Shown one piece after another: positions 24,315 through 39,300 of a DNA stretch of 64,000 bases. The stretch comes from the human T2T-CHM13v2.0 reference genome, Homo sapiens, in NCBI RefSeq assembly GCF_009914755.1, contig NC_060930.1, one strand, 5' to 3'. The notes below the pieces were generated by a model. It was given only the letters and a program-made list of their open reading frames with translations, did no database searches and had not been told where the DNA came from. The first letter of the stretch is position 1; each line of letters begins with the position of its first letter. A program made the position numbers and the translations under genes.

Positions 24315-27300
24315 AACACTGTTTTTGTAGTATTTCCAAGCGGATATTTAGAGCGCCTTGAAGCCTATGCTAGAAATGGAAATATCTCCCCATAAAACCA
24401 AGACAGAAGCAATCTCAGAAACTAATGTGTGATGGCTGCATTCCACACACACGGTGGACCATTTCTCTTGATAGAGCAGTTTTGAAACACTCTTTCTGTA
24501 GAATCTGCAAGTGGATAATTGGACCTCCTAGAGGCCTTCGTTGGAAACGGGATTTCTTCATCTAAACCTACAGAGAAGAATTCTCAGTAACTTCTTCGGA
24601 TGTGTGCATTCGACGCACAGAATGGAACATTCCCTTTGATAGAGCAGTTTTGAGACACCGTTTTTGTAGAATTCCCAAGTGGATATTTAGAGCACTTTGA
24701 AGTCTCTGCTAGAAAAGGAAACATCTTCATGTAAAAAGTAGATAGAATCGTTCTCAGAAAGTGCTTAGTGACGTGTGCGTTCAACTCACAGAGTTTAACG
24801 TTTCTTTTGATAGAGCGTTTCTGAAACACCCTTCTTGTAGTAGCTGCAAGTGGATATTTGGACCTATTGGAGGCCTTCTTTGGAAACGGGATTTCTTCAT
24901 GTAACTCTAGATTGAAGAATTCTCAGAAACTCCTTTGTGATGTGTGCATTCAATTCAAAGAGTGAAACCTCCCTTTTCACAGAGCAGTTTTGAAACACTG
25001 TTTTTGTAGGATTTCCAAGGGGATATTTATAGCGCATTGAGCCTACGGCGGAAAAAGAAACATCTTCCTATAAAAACTAGACAGAATACTTCTCAGAATC
25101 TGCTTTGCGATGTGTGCGTTCAACTCACAGAGTAAAACTTTTCTTTTGATAGAGCAGTTTTGAAACACTCTTTTTGTAGTATTTGCATGTGTATATTTAG
25201 AGCGCATTGAAGCCCACAGTAGAAAAGGAAATAACTTCACCTAAAACCTAGACAGAAGCAATCTCAGAAACTACTTTGTGATGTGTACATTCAACTCACA
25301 GAGTGGAACTTTCCTCTTTATAGAGCAGTGTTGAAACACTCTTTTTGTAGAAACTGCAAGTGGATATTTGGACCTCTTTGAGGCCTTCGTTGGAAACGGG
25401 ATTTCTTCCTATAACCCTAGACAGAAGAATTTTCAGAAACCTCATTGTGATGTGTGCGTTCATCTCACAGAGTGGAGTCTTCCGTTTGATAGAGAAGTTT
25501 TGAAACCCTGTTCTTGTAGGATTTCCAAGTGGATATTTAGACCACTTTGAAGCCTATGATAGAAAAGGAAACATCTTCATGGAAAACATAGATAGAATCA
25601 TCCTCAGAAACAACTTTGTGATGTGTGCGTTGAACTCACCGTCTTTAACCTTTCTTTTGGTAGAGAAGTTTTGAAACACTCTCTTTGTAAAGTCTACAAG
25701 TGGATATTTTGAGCCCTTGGAGGCATTCTTTGGAAAAGGGAATGTCTTCACATAAAAGGCAGACGGAAGTGTTCTCAGAAACTGCTTTGTGATGTCTGTG
25801 TTCAACTCACAGAGTTTAACATTTCCTTTGATAGAGCGGTTTAGTAACCCTCTCTTTGTAGAATTTGGAAGTGTATACTAAGAGCGCTTTGAGGCCTATG
25901 GTAGAAAAGGAAATATCTTTCCATAAAAGCTAGACAGAAGCAATCTCAGAAACTCCTCTGTGATGTCTGCATTCAACTCACCGAGTGGAACATTCCTCTT
26001 GAGAGAGCAGTTTGGAAACACTCTTTCTGTAGAATCAGCTTGTTTGTATTTGGACCTCCTTGAGGCCTTCGTTGGAAACGGGTTTTCATCTTATAAACCC
26101 AGACAGAAGAATTCTCAGAGTCTTCTTTGTGATGTGTGCTTTCAACTCACCGAGATAAAGATTTCTCTTGATAGAGCAATTTGGAAACACTCTTTTTGTA
26201 GAATTTGCAAGGGTACATTGAGAGCGCTTTCAGGCCTATGGTAGAAAAGGGAATATCTTTCCATAAAAGGTAGACAGAAGCAATCTCAGAAACTACTTTG
26301 TGATGTGTGCATTCAACTCACCGAGTGCAACGTTCCTCTTGACCGAGCAGTTTGGAAACATTGTTTCTGTAGAATCTGCAAGTGGATATTTGGACCTCTT
26401 TGAGGCCTTCGTTGGAAACGGGATTTCTTCCTATAAACCCAGACAGAAGAATTCTCAGAGACTTCTTTGTGATGTGTGAATTCAACTCACAGTGTGGATC
26501 CTTCCTTTTGATAGAGCAGTTTTGAAACCCTGTTTTTGTAGTATTTCCAAGCGGATATTTGGAACGCCTTGAAGCGTATGGTAGAAAAGGAAATATCTTC
26601 CCATAAAACCTAGACAGAACCAATCTCAGAAACGACTTTGTGATGTCTGCATTCAAGTCACAGAGTTGAACATTTCTCTTGATAGAGCAGTTTTGAAACC
26701 CTCTTTCTGAAGGATCTGCAAGTGGATATTTGGAACTCCTTTGGGTCTTCGTTGGAAACGGGATTTCTTCGTATAAATCTAGACAGAAGAATTCTCCGAA
26801 ACTTCTTTGGTTGTGTGCATTCAAGTCACAGAGTGGAACCTTCCTTTGGATAGAGCAGTTTGAAACGCCGTGGTTGTAGTATTTCCAAGCGGATATTAGA
26901 GCGCCTTGAGGCCTATGGTAGAAAAGGAAATATCTTCCCATAAAACCTAGACGGAAGCAATCTCAGAAACTACTGTGTGATGGCTGCATTCCACACACAC
27001 GGTGGAACATTTCTCTTGATAGAGCAGTTTTGAAACACTCTTTCTGTAGAATCTGCAAGTGGATAATTGGACCGCCTTGAGGCCTTCGTTGGAAACGGGA
27101 TTTCTTCATGTTACTCTAGATAGAAGAATTCTCAAACACTGCTATGTGATGTTTGCATTCAAGTCACAGAGTGCAACATTCCTCTTGGTAGAGCAGTTGG
27201 GAAACACTCCTTTTGTAGAATCTGCAATGGGATATTTGGACTTCTTTGAGGCCTTCGTTGGAAACGGGATTTCTTCGTATGAATCTAGACAGAAGAATTC

Positions 27301-30300
27301 TCAGAAACTTCCTTGTGATGTGTGCATTCAACTCAGCGAGTGGCACCTTCCTTTGGATACAGCAGTTTTGAAACACTGTTTTTGTAGTATTTCCAAGCGG
27401 ATATTTAGAGCGCCTTGAAGCCTATGCTAGAAATGGAAATATCTCCCCATAAAACCAAGACAGAAGCAATCTCAGAAACTAATGTGTGATGGCTGCATTC
27501 CACACACACGGTGGACCATTTCTCTTGATAGAGCAGTTTTGAAACACTCTTTCTGTAGAATCTGCAAGTGGATAATTGGACCTCCTAGAGGCCTTCGTTG
27601 GAAACGGGATTTCTTCATCTAAACCTACAGAGAAGAATTCTCAGTAACTTCTTCGGATGTGTGCATTCGACTCACAGAATGGAACATTCCCTTTGATAGA
27701 GCAGTTTTGAGACACCGTTTTTGTAGAATTCCCAAGTGGATATTTAGAGCACTTTGAAGTCTCTGCTAGAAAAGGAAACATCTTCATGTAAAAAGTAGAT
27801 AGAATCGTTCTCAGAAAGTGCTTAGTGACGTGTGCGTTCAACTCACAGAGTTTAACGTTTCTTTTGATAGAGCGTTTCTGAAACACCCTTCTTGTAGTAG
27901 CTGCAAGTGGATATTTGGACCTATTGGAGGCCTTCTTTGGAAACGGGATTTCTTCATGTAACTCTAGATTGAAGAATTCTCAGAAACTCCTTTGTGATGT
28001 GTGCATTCAATTCAAAGAGTGAAACCTCCCTTTTCACAGAGCAGTTTTGAAACACTGTTTTTGTAGGATTTCCAAGGGGATATTTATAGCGCATTGAGCC
28101 TACGGCGGAAAAAGAAACATCTTCCTATAAAAACTAGACAGAATACTTCTCAGAATCTGCTTTGCGATGTGTGCGTTCAACTCACAGAGTAAAACTTTTC
28201 TTTTGATAGAGCAGTTTTGAAACACTCTTTTTGTAGTATTTGCATGTGTATATTTAGAGCGCATTGAAGCCCACAGTAGAAAAGGAAATAACTTCACCTA
28301 AAACCTAGACAGAAGCAATCTCAGAAACTACTTTGTGATGTGTACATTCAACTCACAGAGTGGAACTTTCCTCTTTATAGAGCAGTGTTGAAACACTCTT
28401 TTTGTAGAAACTGCAAGTGGATATTTGGACCTCTTTGAGGCCTTCGTTGGAAACGGGATTTCTTCCTATAACCCTAGACAGAAGAATTTTCAGAAACCTC
28501 ATTGTGATGTGTGCGTTCATCTCACAGAGTGGAGTCTTCCGTTTGATAGAGAAGTTTTGAAACCCTGTTCTTGTAGGATTTCCAAGTGGATATTTAGACC
28601 ACTTTGAAGCCTATGATAGAAAAGGAAACATCTTCATGGAAAACATAGATAGAATCATCCTCAGAAACAACTTTGTGATGTGTGCGTTGAACTCACCGTC
28701 TTTAACCTTTCTTTTGGTAGAGAAGTTTTGAAACACTCTCTTTGTAAAGTCTACAAGTGGATATTTTGAGCCCTTGGAGGCATTCTTTGGAAAAGGGAAT
28801 GTCTTCACATAAAAGGCAGACGGAAGTGTTCTCAGAAACTGCTTTGTGATGTCTGTGTTCAACTCACAGAGTTTAACATTTCCTTTGATAGAGCGGTTTA
28901 GTAACCCTCTCTTTGTAGAATTTGGAAGTGTATATTAAGAGCGCTTTGAGGCCTATGGTAGAAAAGGAAATATCTTTCCATAAAAGCTAGACAGAAGCAA
29001 TCTCAGAAACTCCTTTGCGATGTCTGCATTCAACTCACCGAGTGGAACATTCCTCTTGAGAGAGCAGTTTGGAAACACTCTTTCTGTAGAATCAGCTTGT
29101 TTGTATTTGGACCTCCTTGAGGCCTTCGTTGGAAACGGGTTTTCATCTTATAAACCCAGACAGAAGAATTCTCAGAGTCTTCTTTGTGATGTGTGCTTTC
29201 AACTCACCGAGATAAAGATTTCTCTTGATAGAGCAATTTGGAAACACTCTTTTTGTAGAATTTGCAAGGGTACATTGAGAGCGCTTTCAGGCCTATGGTA
29301 GAAAAGGGAATATCTTTCCATAAAAGGTAGACAGAAGCAATCTCAGAAACTACTTTGTGATGTGTGCATTCAACTCACCGAGTGCAACGTTCCTCTTGAC
29401 CGAGCAGTTTGGAAACATTGTTTCTGTAGAATCTGCAAGTGGATATTTGGACCTCTTTGAGGCCTTCGTTGGAAACGGGATTTCTTCCTATAAACCCAGA
29501 CAGAAGAATTCTCAGAGACTTCTTTGTGATGTGTGAATTCAACTCACAGTGTGGATCCTTCCTTTTGATAGAGCAGTTTTGAAACCCTGTTTTTGTAGTA
29601 TTTCCAAGCGGATATTTGGAACGCCTTGAAGCGTATGGTAGAAAAGGAAATATCTTCCCATAAAACCTAGACAGAACCAATCTCAGAAACGACTTTGTGA
29701 TGTCTGCATTCAAGTCACAGAGTTGAACATTTCTCTTGATAGAGCAGTTTTGAAACCCTCTTTCTGAAGGATCTGCAAGTGGATATTTGGAACTCCTTTG
29801 GGTCTTCGTTGGAAACGGGATTTCTTCGTATAAATCTAGACAGAAGAATTCTCCGAAACTTCTTTGGTTGTGTGCATTCAAGTCACAGAGTGGAACCTTC
29901 CTTTGGATAGAGCAGTTTGAAACGCCGTGGTTGTAGTATTTCCAAGCGGATATTAGAGCGCCTTGAGGCCTATGGTAGAAAAGGAAATATCTTCCCATAA
30001 AACCTAGACGGAAGCAATCTCAGAAACTACTGTGTGATGGCTGCATTCCACACACACGGTGGAACATTTCTCTTGATAGAGCAGTTTTGAAACACTCTTT
30101 CTGTAGAATCTGCAAGTGGATAATTGGACCGCCTTGAGGCCTTCGTTGGAAACGGGATTTCTTCATGTTACTCTAGATAGAAGAATTCTCAAACACTGCT
30201 ATGTGATGTTTGCATTCAAGTCACAGAGTGCAACATTCCTCTTGGTAGAGCAGTTGGGAAACACTCCTTTTGTAGAATCTGCAATGGGATATTTGGACTT

Positions 30301-33300
30301 CTTTGAGGCCTTCGTTGGAAACGGGATTTCTTCGTATGAATCTAGACAGAAGAATTCTCAGAAACTTCCTTGTGATGTGTGCATTCAACTCAGCGAGTGG
30401 CACCTTCCTTTGGATACAGCAGTTTTGAAACACTGTTTTTGTAGTATTTCCAAGCGGATATTTAGAGCGCCTTGAAGCCTATGCTAGAAATGGAAATAGC
30501 TCCCCATAAAACCAAGACAGAAGCAATCTCAGAAACTAATGTGTGATGGCTGCATTCCACACACACGGTGGACCATTTCTCTTGATAGAGCAGTTTTGAA
30601 ACACTCTTTCTGTAGAATCTGCAAGTGGATAATTGGACCTCCTAGAGGCCTTCGTTGGAAACGGGATTTCTTCATCTAAACCTACAGAGAAGAATTCTCA
30701 GTAACTTCTTCGGATGTGTGCATTCGACTCACAGAATGGAACATTCCCTTTGATAGAGCAGTTTTGAGACACAGTTTTTGTAGAATTCCCAAGTGGATAT
30801 TTAGAGCACTTTGAAGTCTCTGCTAGAAAAGGAAACATCTTCATGTAAAAAGTAGATAGAATCGTTCTCAGAAAGTGCTTAGTGACGTGTGCGTTCAACT
30901 CACAGAGTTTAACGTTTCTTTTGATAGAGCGTTTCTGAAACACCCTTCTTGTAGTAGCTGCAAGTGGATATTTGGACCTATTGGAGGCCTTCTTTGGAAA
31001 CGGGATTTCTTCATGTAACTCTAGATTGAAGAATTCTCAGAAACTCCTTTGTGATGTGTGCATTCAATTCAAAGAGTGAAACCTCCCTTTTCACAGAGCA
31101 GTTTTGAAACACTGTTTTTGTAGGATTTCCAAGGGGATATTTATAGCGCATTGAGCCTACGGTGGAAAAAGAAACATCTTCCTATAAAAACTAGACAGAA
31201 TACTTCTCAGAATCTGCTTTGCGATGTGTGCGTTCAACTCACAGAGTAAAACTTTTCTTTTGATAGAGCAGTTTTGAAACACTCTTTTTGTAGTATTTGC
31301 ATGTGTATATTTAGAGCGCATTGAAGCCCACAGTAGAAAAGGAAATAACTTCACCTAAAACCTAGACAGAAGCAATCTCAGAAACTACTTTGTGATGTGT
31401 ACATTCAACTCACAGAGTGGAACTTTCCTCTTTATAGAGCAGTGTTGAAACACTCTTTTTGTAGAAACTGCAAGTGGATATTTGGACCTCTTTGAGGCCT
31501 TCGTTGGAAACGGGATTTCTTCCTATAACCCTAGACAGAAGAATTTTCAGAAACCTCATTGTGATGTGTGCGTTCATCTCACAGAGTGGAGTCTTCCGTT
31601 TGATAGAGAAGTTTTGAAACCCTGTTCTTGTAGGATTTCCAAGTGGATATTTAGACCACTTTGAAGCCTATGATAGAAAAGGAAACATCTTCATGGAAAA
31701 CATAGATAGAATCATCCTCAGAAACAACTTTGTGATGTGTGCGTTGAACTCACCGTCTTTAACCTTTCTTTTGGTAGAGAAGTTTTGAAACACTCTCTTT
31801 GTAAAGTCTACAAGTGGATATTTTGAGCCCTTGGAGGCATTCTTTGGAAAAGGGAATGTCTTCACATAAAAGGCAGACGGAAGTGTTCTCAGAAACTGCT
31901 TTGTGATGTCTGTGTTCAACTCACAGAGTTTAACATTTCCTTTGATAGAGCGGTTTAGTAACCCTCTCTTTGTAGAATTTGGAAGTGTATATTAAGAGCG
32001 CTTTGAGGCCTATGGTAGAAAAGGAAATATCTTTCCATAAAAGCTAGACAGAAGCAATCTCAGAAACTCCTTTGCGATGTCTGCATTCAACTCACCGAGT
32101 GGAACATTCCTCTTGAGAGAGCAGTTTGGAAACACTCTTTCTGTAGAATCAGCTTGTTTGTATTTGGACCTCCTTGAGGCCTTCGTTGGAAACGGGTTTT
32201 CATCTTATAAACCCAGACAGAAGAATTCTCAGAGTCTTCTTTGTGATGTGTGCTTTCAACTCACCGAGATAAAGATTTCTCTTGATAGAGCAATTTGGAA
32301 ACACTCTTTTTGTAGAATTTGCAAGGGTACATTGAGAGCGCTTTCAGGCCTATGGTAGAAAAGGGAATATCTTTCCATAAAAGGTAGACAGAAGCAATCT
32401 CAGAAACTACTTTGTGATGTGTGCATTCAACTCACCGAGTGCAACGTTCCTCTTGACCGAGCAGTTTGGAAACATTGTTTCTGTAGAATCTGCAAGTGGA
32501 TATTTGGACCTCTTTGAGGCCTTCGTTGGAAACGGGATTTCTTCCTATAAACCCAGACAGAAGAATTCTCAGAGACTTCTTTGTGATGTGTGAATTCAAC
32601 TCACAGTGTGGATCCTTCCTTTTGATAGAGCAGTTTTGAAACCCTGTTTTTGTAGTATTTCCAAGCAGATATTTGGAACGCCTTGAAGCGTATGGTAGAA
32701 AAGGAAATATCTTCCCATAAAACCTAGACAGAACCAATCTCAGAAACGACTTTGTGATGTCTGCATTCAAGTCACAGAGTTGAACATTTCTCTTGATAGA
32801 GCAGTTTTGAAACCCTCTTTCTGAAGGATCTGCAAGTGGATATTTGGAACTCCTTTGGGTCTTCGTTGGAAACGGGATTTCTTCGTATAAATCTAGACAG
32901 AAGAATTCTCCGAAACTTCTTTGGTTGTGTGCATTCAAGTCACAGAGTGGAACCTTCCTTTGGATAGAGCAGTTTGAAACGCCGTGGTTGTAGTATTTCC
33001 AAGCGGATATTAGAGCGCCTTGAGGCCTATGGTAGAAAAGGAAATATCTTCCCATAAAACCTAGACGGAAGCAATCTCAGAAACTACTGTGTGATGGCTG
33101 CATTCCACACACACGGTGGAACATTTCTCTTGATAGAGCAGTTTTGAAACACTCTTTCTGTAGAATCTGCAAGTGGATAATTGGACCGCCTTGAGGCCTT
33201 CGTTGGAAACGGGATTTCTTCATGTTACTCTAGATAGAAGAATTCTCAAACACTGCTATGTGATGTTTGCATTCAAGTCACAGAGTGCAACATTCCTCTT

Positions 33301-36300
33301 GGTAGAGCAGTTGGGAAACACTCCTTTTGTAGAATCTGCAATGGGATATTTGGACTTCTTTGAGGCCTTCGTTGGAAACGGGATTTCTTCGTATGAATCT
33401 AGACAGAAGAATTCTCAGAAACTTCCTTGTGATGTGTGCATTCAACTCAGCGAGTGGCACCTTCCTTTGGATACAGCAGTTTTGAAACACTGTTTTTGTA
33501 GTATTTCCAAGCGGATATTTAGAGCGCCTTGAAGCCTATGCTAGAAATGGAAATATCTCCCCATAAAACCAAGACAGAAGCAATCTCAGAAACTAATGTG
33601 TGATGGCTGCATTCCACACACACGGTGGACCATTTCTCTTGATAGAGCAGTTTTGAAACACTCTTTCTGTAGAATCTGCAAGTGGATAATTGGACCTCCT
33701 AGAGGCCTTCGTTGGAAACGGGATTTCTTCATCTAAACCTACAGAGAAGAATTCTCAGTAACTTCTTCGGATGTGTGCATTCGACTCACAGAATGGAACA
33801 TTCCCTTTGATAGAGCAGTTTTGAGACACCGTTTTTGTAGAATTCCCAAGTGGATATTTAGAGCACTTTGAAGTCTCTGCTAGAAAAGGAAACATCTTCA
33901 TGTAAAAAGTAGATAGAATCGTTCTCAGAAAGTGCTTAGTGACGTGTGCGTTCAACTCACAGAGTTTAACGTTTCTTTTGATAGAGCGTTTCTGAAACAC
34001 CCTTCTTGTAGTAGCTGCAAGTGGATATTTGGACCTATTGGAGGCCTTCTTTGGAAACGGGATTTCTTCATGTAACTCTAGATTGAAGAATTCTCAGAAA
34101 CTCCTTTGTGATGTGTGCATTCAATTCAAAGAGTGAAACCTCCCTTTTCACAGAGCAGTTTTGAAACACTGTTTTTGTAGGATTTCCAAGGGGATATTTA
34201 TAGCGCATTGAGCCTACGGCGGAAAAAGAAACATCTTCCTATAAAAACTAGACAGAATACTTCTCAGAATCTGCTTTGCGATGTGTGCGTTCAACTCACA
34301 GAGTAAAACTTTTCTTTTGATAGAGCAGTTTTGAAACACTCTTTTTGTAGTATTTGCATGTGTATATTTAGAGCGCATTGAAGCCCACAGTAGAAAAGGA
34401 AATAACTTCACCTAAAACCTAGACAGAAGCAATCTCAGAAACTACTTTGTGATGTGTACATTCAACTCACAGAGTGGAACTTTCCTCTTTATAGAGCAGT
34501 GTTGAAACACTCTTTTTGTAGAAACTGCAAGTGGATATTTGGACCTCTTTGAGGCCTTCGTTGGAAACGGGATTTCTTCCTATAACCCTAGACAGAAGAA
34601 TTTTCAGAAACCTCATTGTGATGTGTGCGTTCATCTCACAGAGTGGAGTCTTCCGTTTGATAGAGAAGTTTTGAAACCCTGTTCTTGTAGGATTTCCAAG
34701 TGGATATTTAGACCACTTTGAAGCCTATGATAGAAAAGGAAACATCTTCATGGAAAACATAGATAGAATCATCCTCAGAAACAACTTTGTGATGTGTGCG
34801 TTGAACTCACCGTCTTTAACCTTTCTTTTGGTAGAGAAGTTTTGAAACACTCTCTTTGTAAAGTCTACAAGTGGATATTTTGAGCCCTTGGAGGCATTCT
34901 TTGGAAAAGGGAATGTCTTCACATAAAAGGCAGACGGAAGTGTTCTCAGAAACTGCTTTGTGATGTCTGTGTTCAACTCACAGAGTTTAACATTTCCTTT
35001 GATAGAGCGGTTTAGTAACCCTCTCTTTGTAGAATTTGGAAGTGTATATTAAGAGCGCTTTGAGGCCTATGGTAGAAAAGGAAATATCTTTCCATAAAAG
35101 CTAGACAGAAGCAATCTCAGAAACTCCTTTGCGATGTCTGCATTCAACTCACCGAGTGGAACATTCCTCTTGAGAGAGCAGTTTGGAAACACTCTTTCTG
35201 TAGAATCAGCTTGTTTGTATTTGGACCTCCTTGAGGCCTTCGTTGGAAACGGGTTTTCATCTTATAAACCCAGACAGAAGAATTCTCAGAGTCTTCTTTG
35301 TGATGTGTGCTTTCAACTCACCGAGATAAAGATTTCTCTTGATAGAGCAATTTGGAAACACTCTTTTTGTAGAATTTGCAAGGGTACATTGAGAGCGCTT
35401 TCAGGCCTATGGTAGAAAAGGGAATATCTTTCCATAAAAGGTAGACAGAAGCAATCTCAGAAACTACTTTGTGATGTGTGCATTCAACTCACCGAGTGCA
35501 ACGTTCCTCTTGACCGAGCAGTTTGGAAACATTGTTTCTGTAGAATCTGCAAGTGGATATTTGGACCTCTTTGAGGCCTTCGTTGGAAACGGGATTTCTT
35601 CCTATAAACCCAGACAGAAGAATTCTCAGAGACTTCTTTGTGATGTGTGAATTCAACTCACAGTGTGGATCCTTCCTTTTGATAGAGCAGTTTTGAAACC
35701 CTGTTTTTGTAGTATTTCCAAGCAGATATTTGGAACGCCTTGAAGCGTATGGTAGAAAAGGAAATATCTTCCCATAAAACCTAGACAGAACCAATCTCAG
35801 AAACGACTTTGTGATGTCTGCATTCAAGTCACAGAGTTGAACATTTCTCTTGATAGAGCAGTTTTGAAACCCTCTTTCTGAAGGATCTGCAAGTGGATAT
35901 TTGGAACTCCTTTGGGTCTTCGTTGGAAACGGGATTTCTTCGTATAAATCTAGACAGAAGAATTCTCCGAAACTTCTTTGGTTGTGTGCATTCAAGTCAC
36001 AGAGTGGAACCTTCCTTTGGATAGAGCAGTTTGAAACGCCGTGGTTGTAGTATTTCCAAGCGGATATTAGAGCGCCTTGAGGCCTATGGTAGAAAAGGAA
36101 ATATCTTCCCATAAAACCTAGACGGAAGCAATCTCAGAAACTACTGTGTGATGGCTGCATTCCACACACACGGTGGAACATTTCTCTTGATAGAGCAGTT
36201 TTGAAACACTCTTTCTGTAGAATCTGCAAGTGGATAATTGGACCGCCTTGAGGCCTTCGTTGGAAACGGGATTTCTTCATGTTACTCTAGATAGAAGAAT

Positions 36301-39300
36301 TCTCAAACACTGCTATGTGATGTTTGCATTCAAGTCACAGAGTGCAACATTCCTCTTGGTAGAGCAGTTGGGAAACACTCCTTTTGTAGAATCTGCAATG
36401 GGATATTTGGACTTCTTTGAGGCCTTCGTTGGAAACGGGATTTCTTCGTATGAATCTAGACAGAAGAATTCTCAGAAACTTCCTTGTGATGTGTGCATTC
36501 AACTCAGCGAGTGGCACCTTCCTTTGGATACAGCAGTTTTGAAACACTGTTTTTGTAGTATTTCCAAGCGGATATTTAGAGCGCCTTGAAGCCTATGCTA
36601 GAAATGGAAATATCTCCCCATAAAACCAAGACAGAAGCAATCTCAGAAACTAATGTGTGATGGCTGCATTCCACACACACGGTGGACCATTTCTCTTGAT
36701 AGAGCAGTTTTGAAACACTCTTTCTGTAGAATCTGCAAGTGGATAATTGGACCTCCTAGAGGCCTTCGTTGGAAACGGGATTTCTTCATCTAAACCTACA
36801 GAGAAGAATTCTCAGTAACTTCTTCGGATGTGTGCATTCGACTCACAGAATGGAACATTCCCTTTGATAGAGCAGTTTTGAGACACCGTTTTTGTAGAAT
36901 TCCCAAGTGGATATTTAGAGCACTTTGAAGTCTCTGCTAGAAAAGGAAACATCTTCATGTAAAAAGTAGATAGAATCGTTCTCAGAAAGTGCTTAGTGAC
37001 GTGTGCGTTCAACTCACAGAGTTTAACGTTTCTTTTGATAGAGCGTTTCTGAAACACCCTTCTTGTAGTAGCTGCAAGTGGATATTTGGACCTATTGGAG
37101 GCCTTCTTTGGAAACGGGATTTCTTCATGTAACTCTAGATTGAAGAATTCTCAGAAACTCCTTTGTGATGTGTGCATTCAATTCAAAGAGTGAAACCTCC
37201 CTTTTCACAGAGCAGTTTTGAAACACTGTTTTTGTAGGATTTCCAAGGGGATATTTATAGCGCATTGAGCCTACGGCGGAAAAAGAAACATCTTCCTATA
37301 AAAACTAGACAGAATACTTCTCAGAATCCGCTTTGCGATGTGTGCGTTCAACTCACAGAGTAAAACTTTTCTTTTGATAGAGCAGTTTTGAAACACTCTT
37401 TTTGTAGTATTTGCATGTGTATATTTAGAGCGCATTGAAGCCCACAGTAGAAAAGGAAATAACTTCACCTAAAACCTAGACAGAAGCAATCTCAGAAACT
37501 ACTTTGTGATGTGTACATTCAACTCACAGAGTGGAACTTTCCTCTTTATAGAGCAGTGTTGAAACACTCTTTTTGTAGAAACTGCAAGTGGATATTTGGA
37601 CCTCTTTGAGGCCTTCGTTGGAAACGGGATTTCTTCCTATAACCCTAGACAGAAGAATTTTCAGAAACCTCATTGTGATGTGTGCGTTCATCTCACAGAG
37701 TGGAGTCTTCCGTTTGATAGAGAAGTTTTGAAACCCTGTTCTTGTAGGATTTCCAAGTGGATATTTAGACCACTTTGAAGCCTATGATAGAAAAGGAAAC
37801 ATCTTCATGGAAAACATAGATAGAATCATCCTCAGAAACAACTTTGTGATGTGTGCGTTGAACTCACCGTCTTTAACCTTTCTTTTGGTAGAGAAGTTTT
37901 GAAACACTCTCTTTGTAAAGTCTACAAGTGGATATTTTGAGCCCTTGGAGGCATTCTTTGGAAAAGGGAATGTCTTCACATAAAAGGCAGACGGAAGTGT
38001 TCTCAGAAACTGCTTTGTGATGTCTGTGTTCAACTCACAGAGTTTAACATTTCCTTTGATAGAGCGGTTTAGTAACCCTCTCTTTGTAGAATTTGGAAGT
38101 GTATACTAAGAGCGCTTTGAGGCCTATGGTAGAAAAGGAAATATCTTTCCATAAAAGCTAGACAGAAGCAATCTCAGAAACTCCTCTGTGATGTCTGCAT
38201 TCAACTCACCGAGTGGAACATTCCTCTTGAGAGAGCAGTTTGGAAACACTCTTTCTGTAGAATCAGCTTGTTTGTATTTGGACCTCCTTGAGGCCTTCGT
38301 TGGAAACGGGTTTTCATCTTATAAACCCAGACAGAAGAATTCTCAGAGTCTTCTTTGTGATGTGTGCTTTCAACTCACCGAGATAAAGATTTCTCTTGAT
38401 AGAGCAATTTGGAAACACTCTTTTTGTAGAATTTGCAAGGGTACATTGAGAGCGCTTTCAGGCCTATGGTAGAAAAGGGAATATCTTTCCATAAAAGGTA
38501 GACAGAAGCAATCTCAGAAACTACTTTGTGATGTGTGCATTCAACTCACCGAGTGCAACGTTCCTCTTGACCGAGCAGTTTGGAAACATTGTTTCTGTAG
38601 AATCTGCAAGTGGATATTTGGACCTCTTTGAGGCCTTCGTTGGAAACGGGATTTCTTCCTATAAACCCAGACAGAAGAATTCTCAGAGACTTCTTTGTGA
38701 TGTGTGAATTCAACTCACAGTGTGGATCCTTCCTTTTGATAGAGCAGTTTTGAAACCCTGTTTTTGTAGTATTTCCAAGCGGATATTTGGAACGCCTTGA
38801 AGCGTATGGTAGAAAAGGAAATATCTTCCCATAAAACCTAGACAGAACCAATCTCAGAAACGACTTTGTGATGTCTGCATTCAAGTCACAGAGTTGAACA
38901 TTTCTCTTGATAGAGCAGTTTTGAAACCCTCTTTCTGAAGGATCTGCAAGTGGATATTTGGAACTCCTTTGGGTCTTCGTTGGAAACGGGATTTCTTCGT
39001 ATAAATCTAGACAGAAGAATTCTCCGAAACTTCTTTGGTTGTGTGCATTCAAGTCACAGAGTGGAACCTTCCTTTGGATAGAGCAGTTTGAAACGCCGTG
39101 GTTGTAGTATTTCCAAGCGGATATTAGAGCGCCTTGAGGCCTATGGTAGAAAAGGAAATATCTTCCCATAAAACCTAGACGGAAGCAATCTCAGAAACTA
39201 CTGTGTGATGGCTGCATTCCACACACACGGTGGAACATTTCTCTTGATAGAGCAGTTTTGAAACACTCTTTCTGTAGAATCTGCAAGTGGATAATTGGAC

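Noticed and set aside
24003-24395. Extended 130-aa ORF variant (also 48455-48847)
   Set aside because: It results from the 1-bp deletion at ~24315 and is informative only as a duplication marker.
21993-31163. cggtgg allele shared by HOR 8 and HOR 11 as evidence of a 3-HOR duplication
   Set aside because: It is a single C>T at a CpG that could recur independently, and flanking markers (cctctgtga vs ctttgcga, 21421) disagree.
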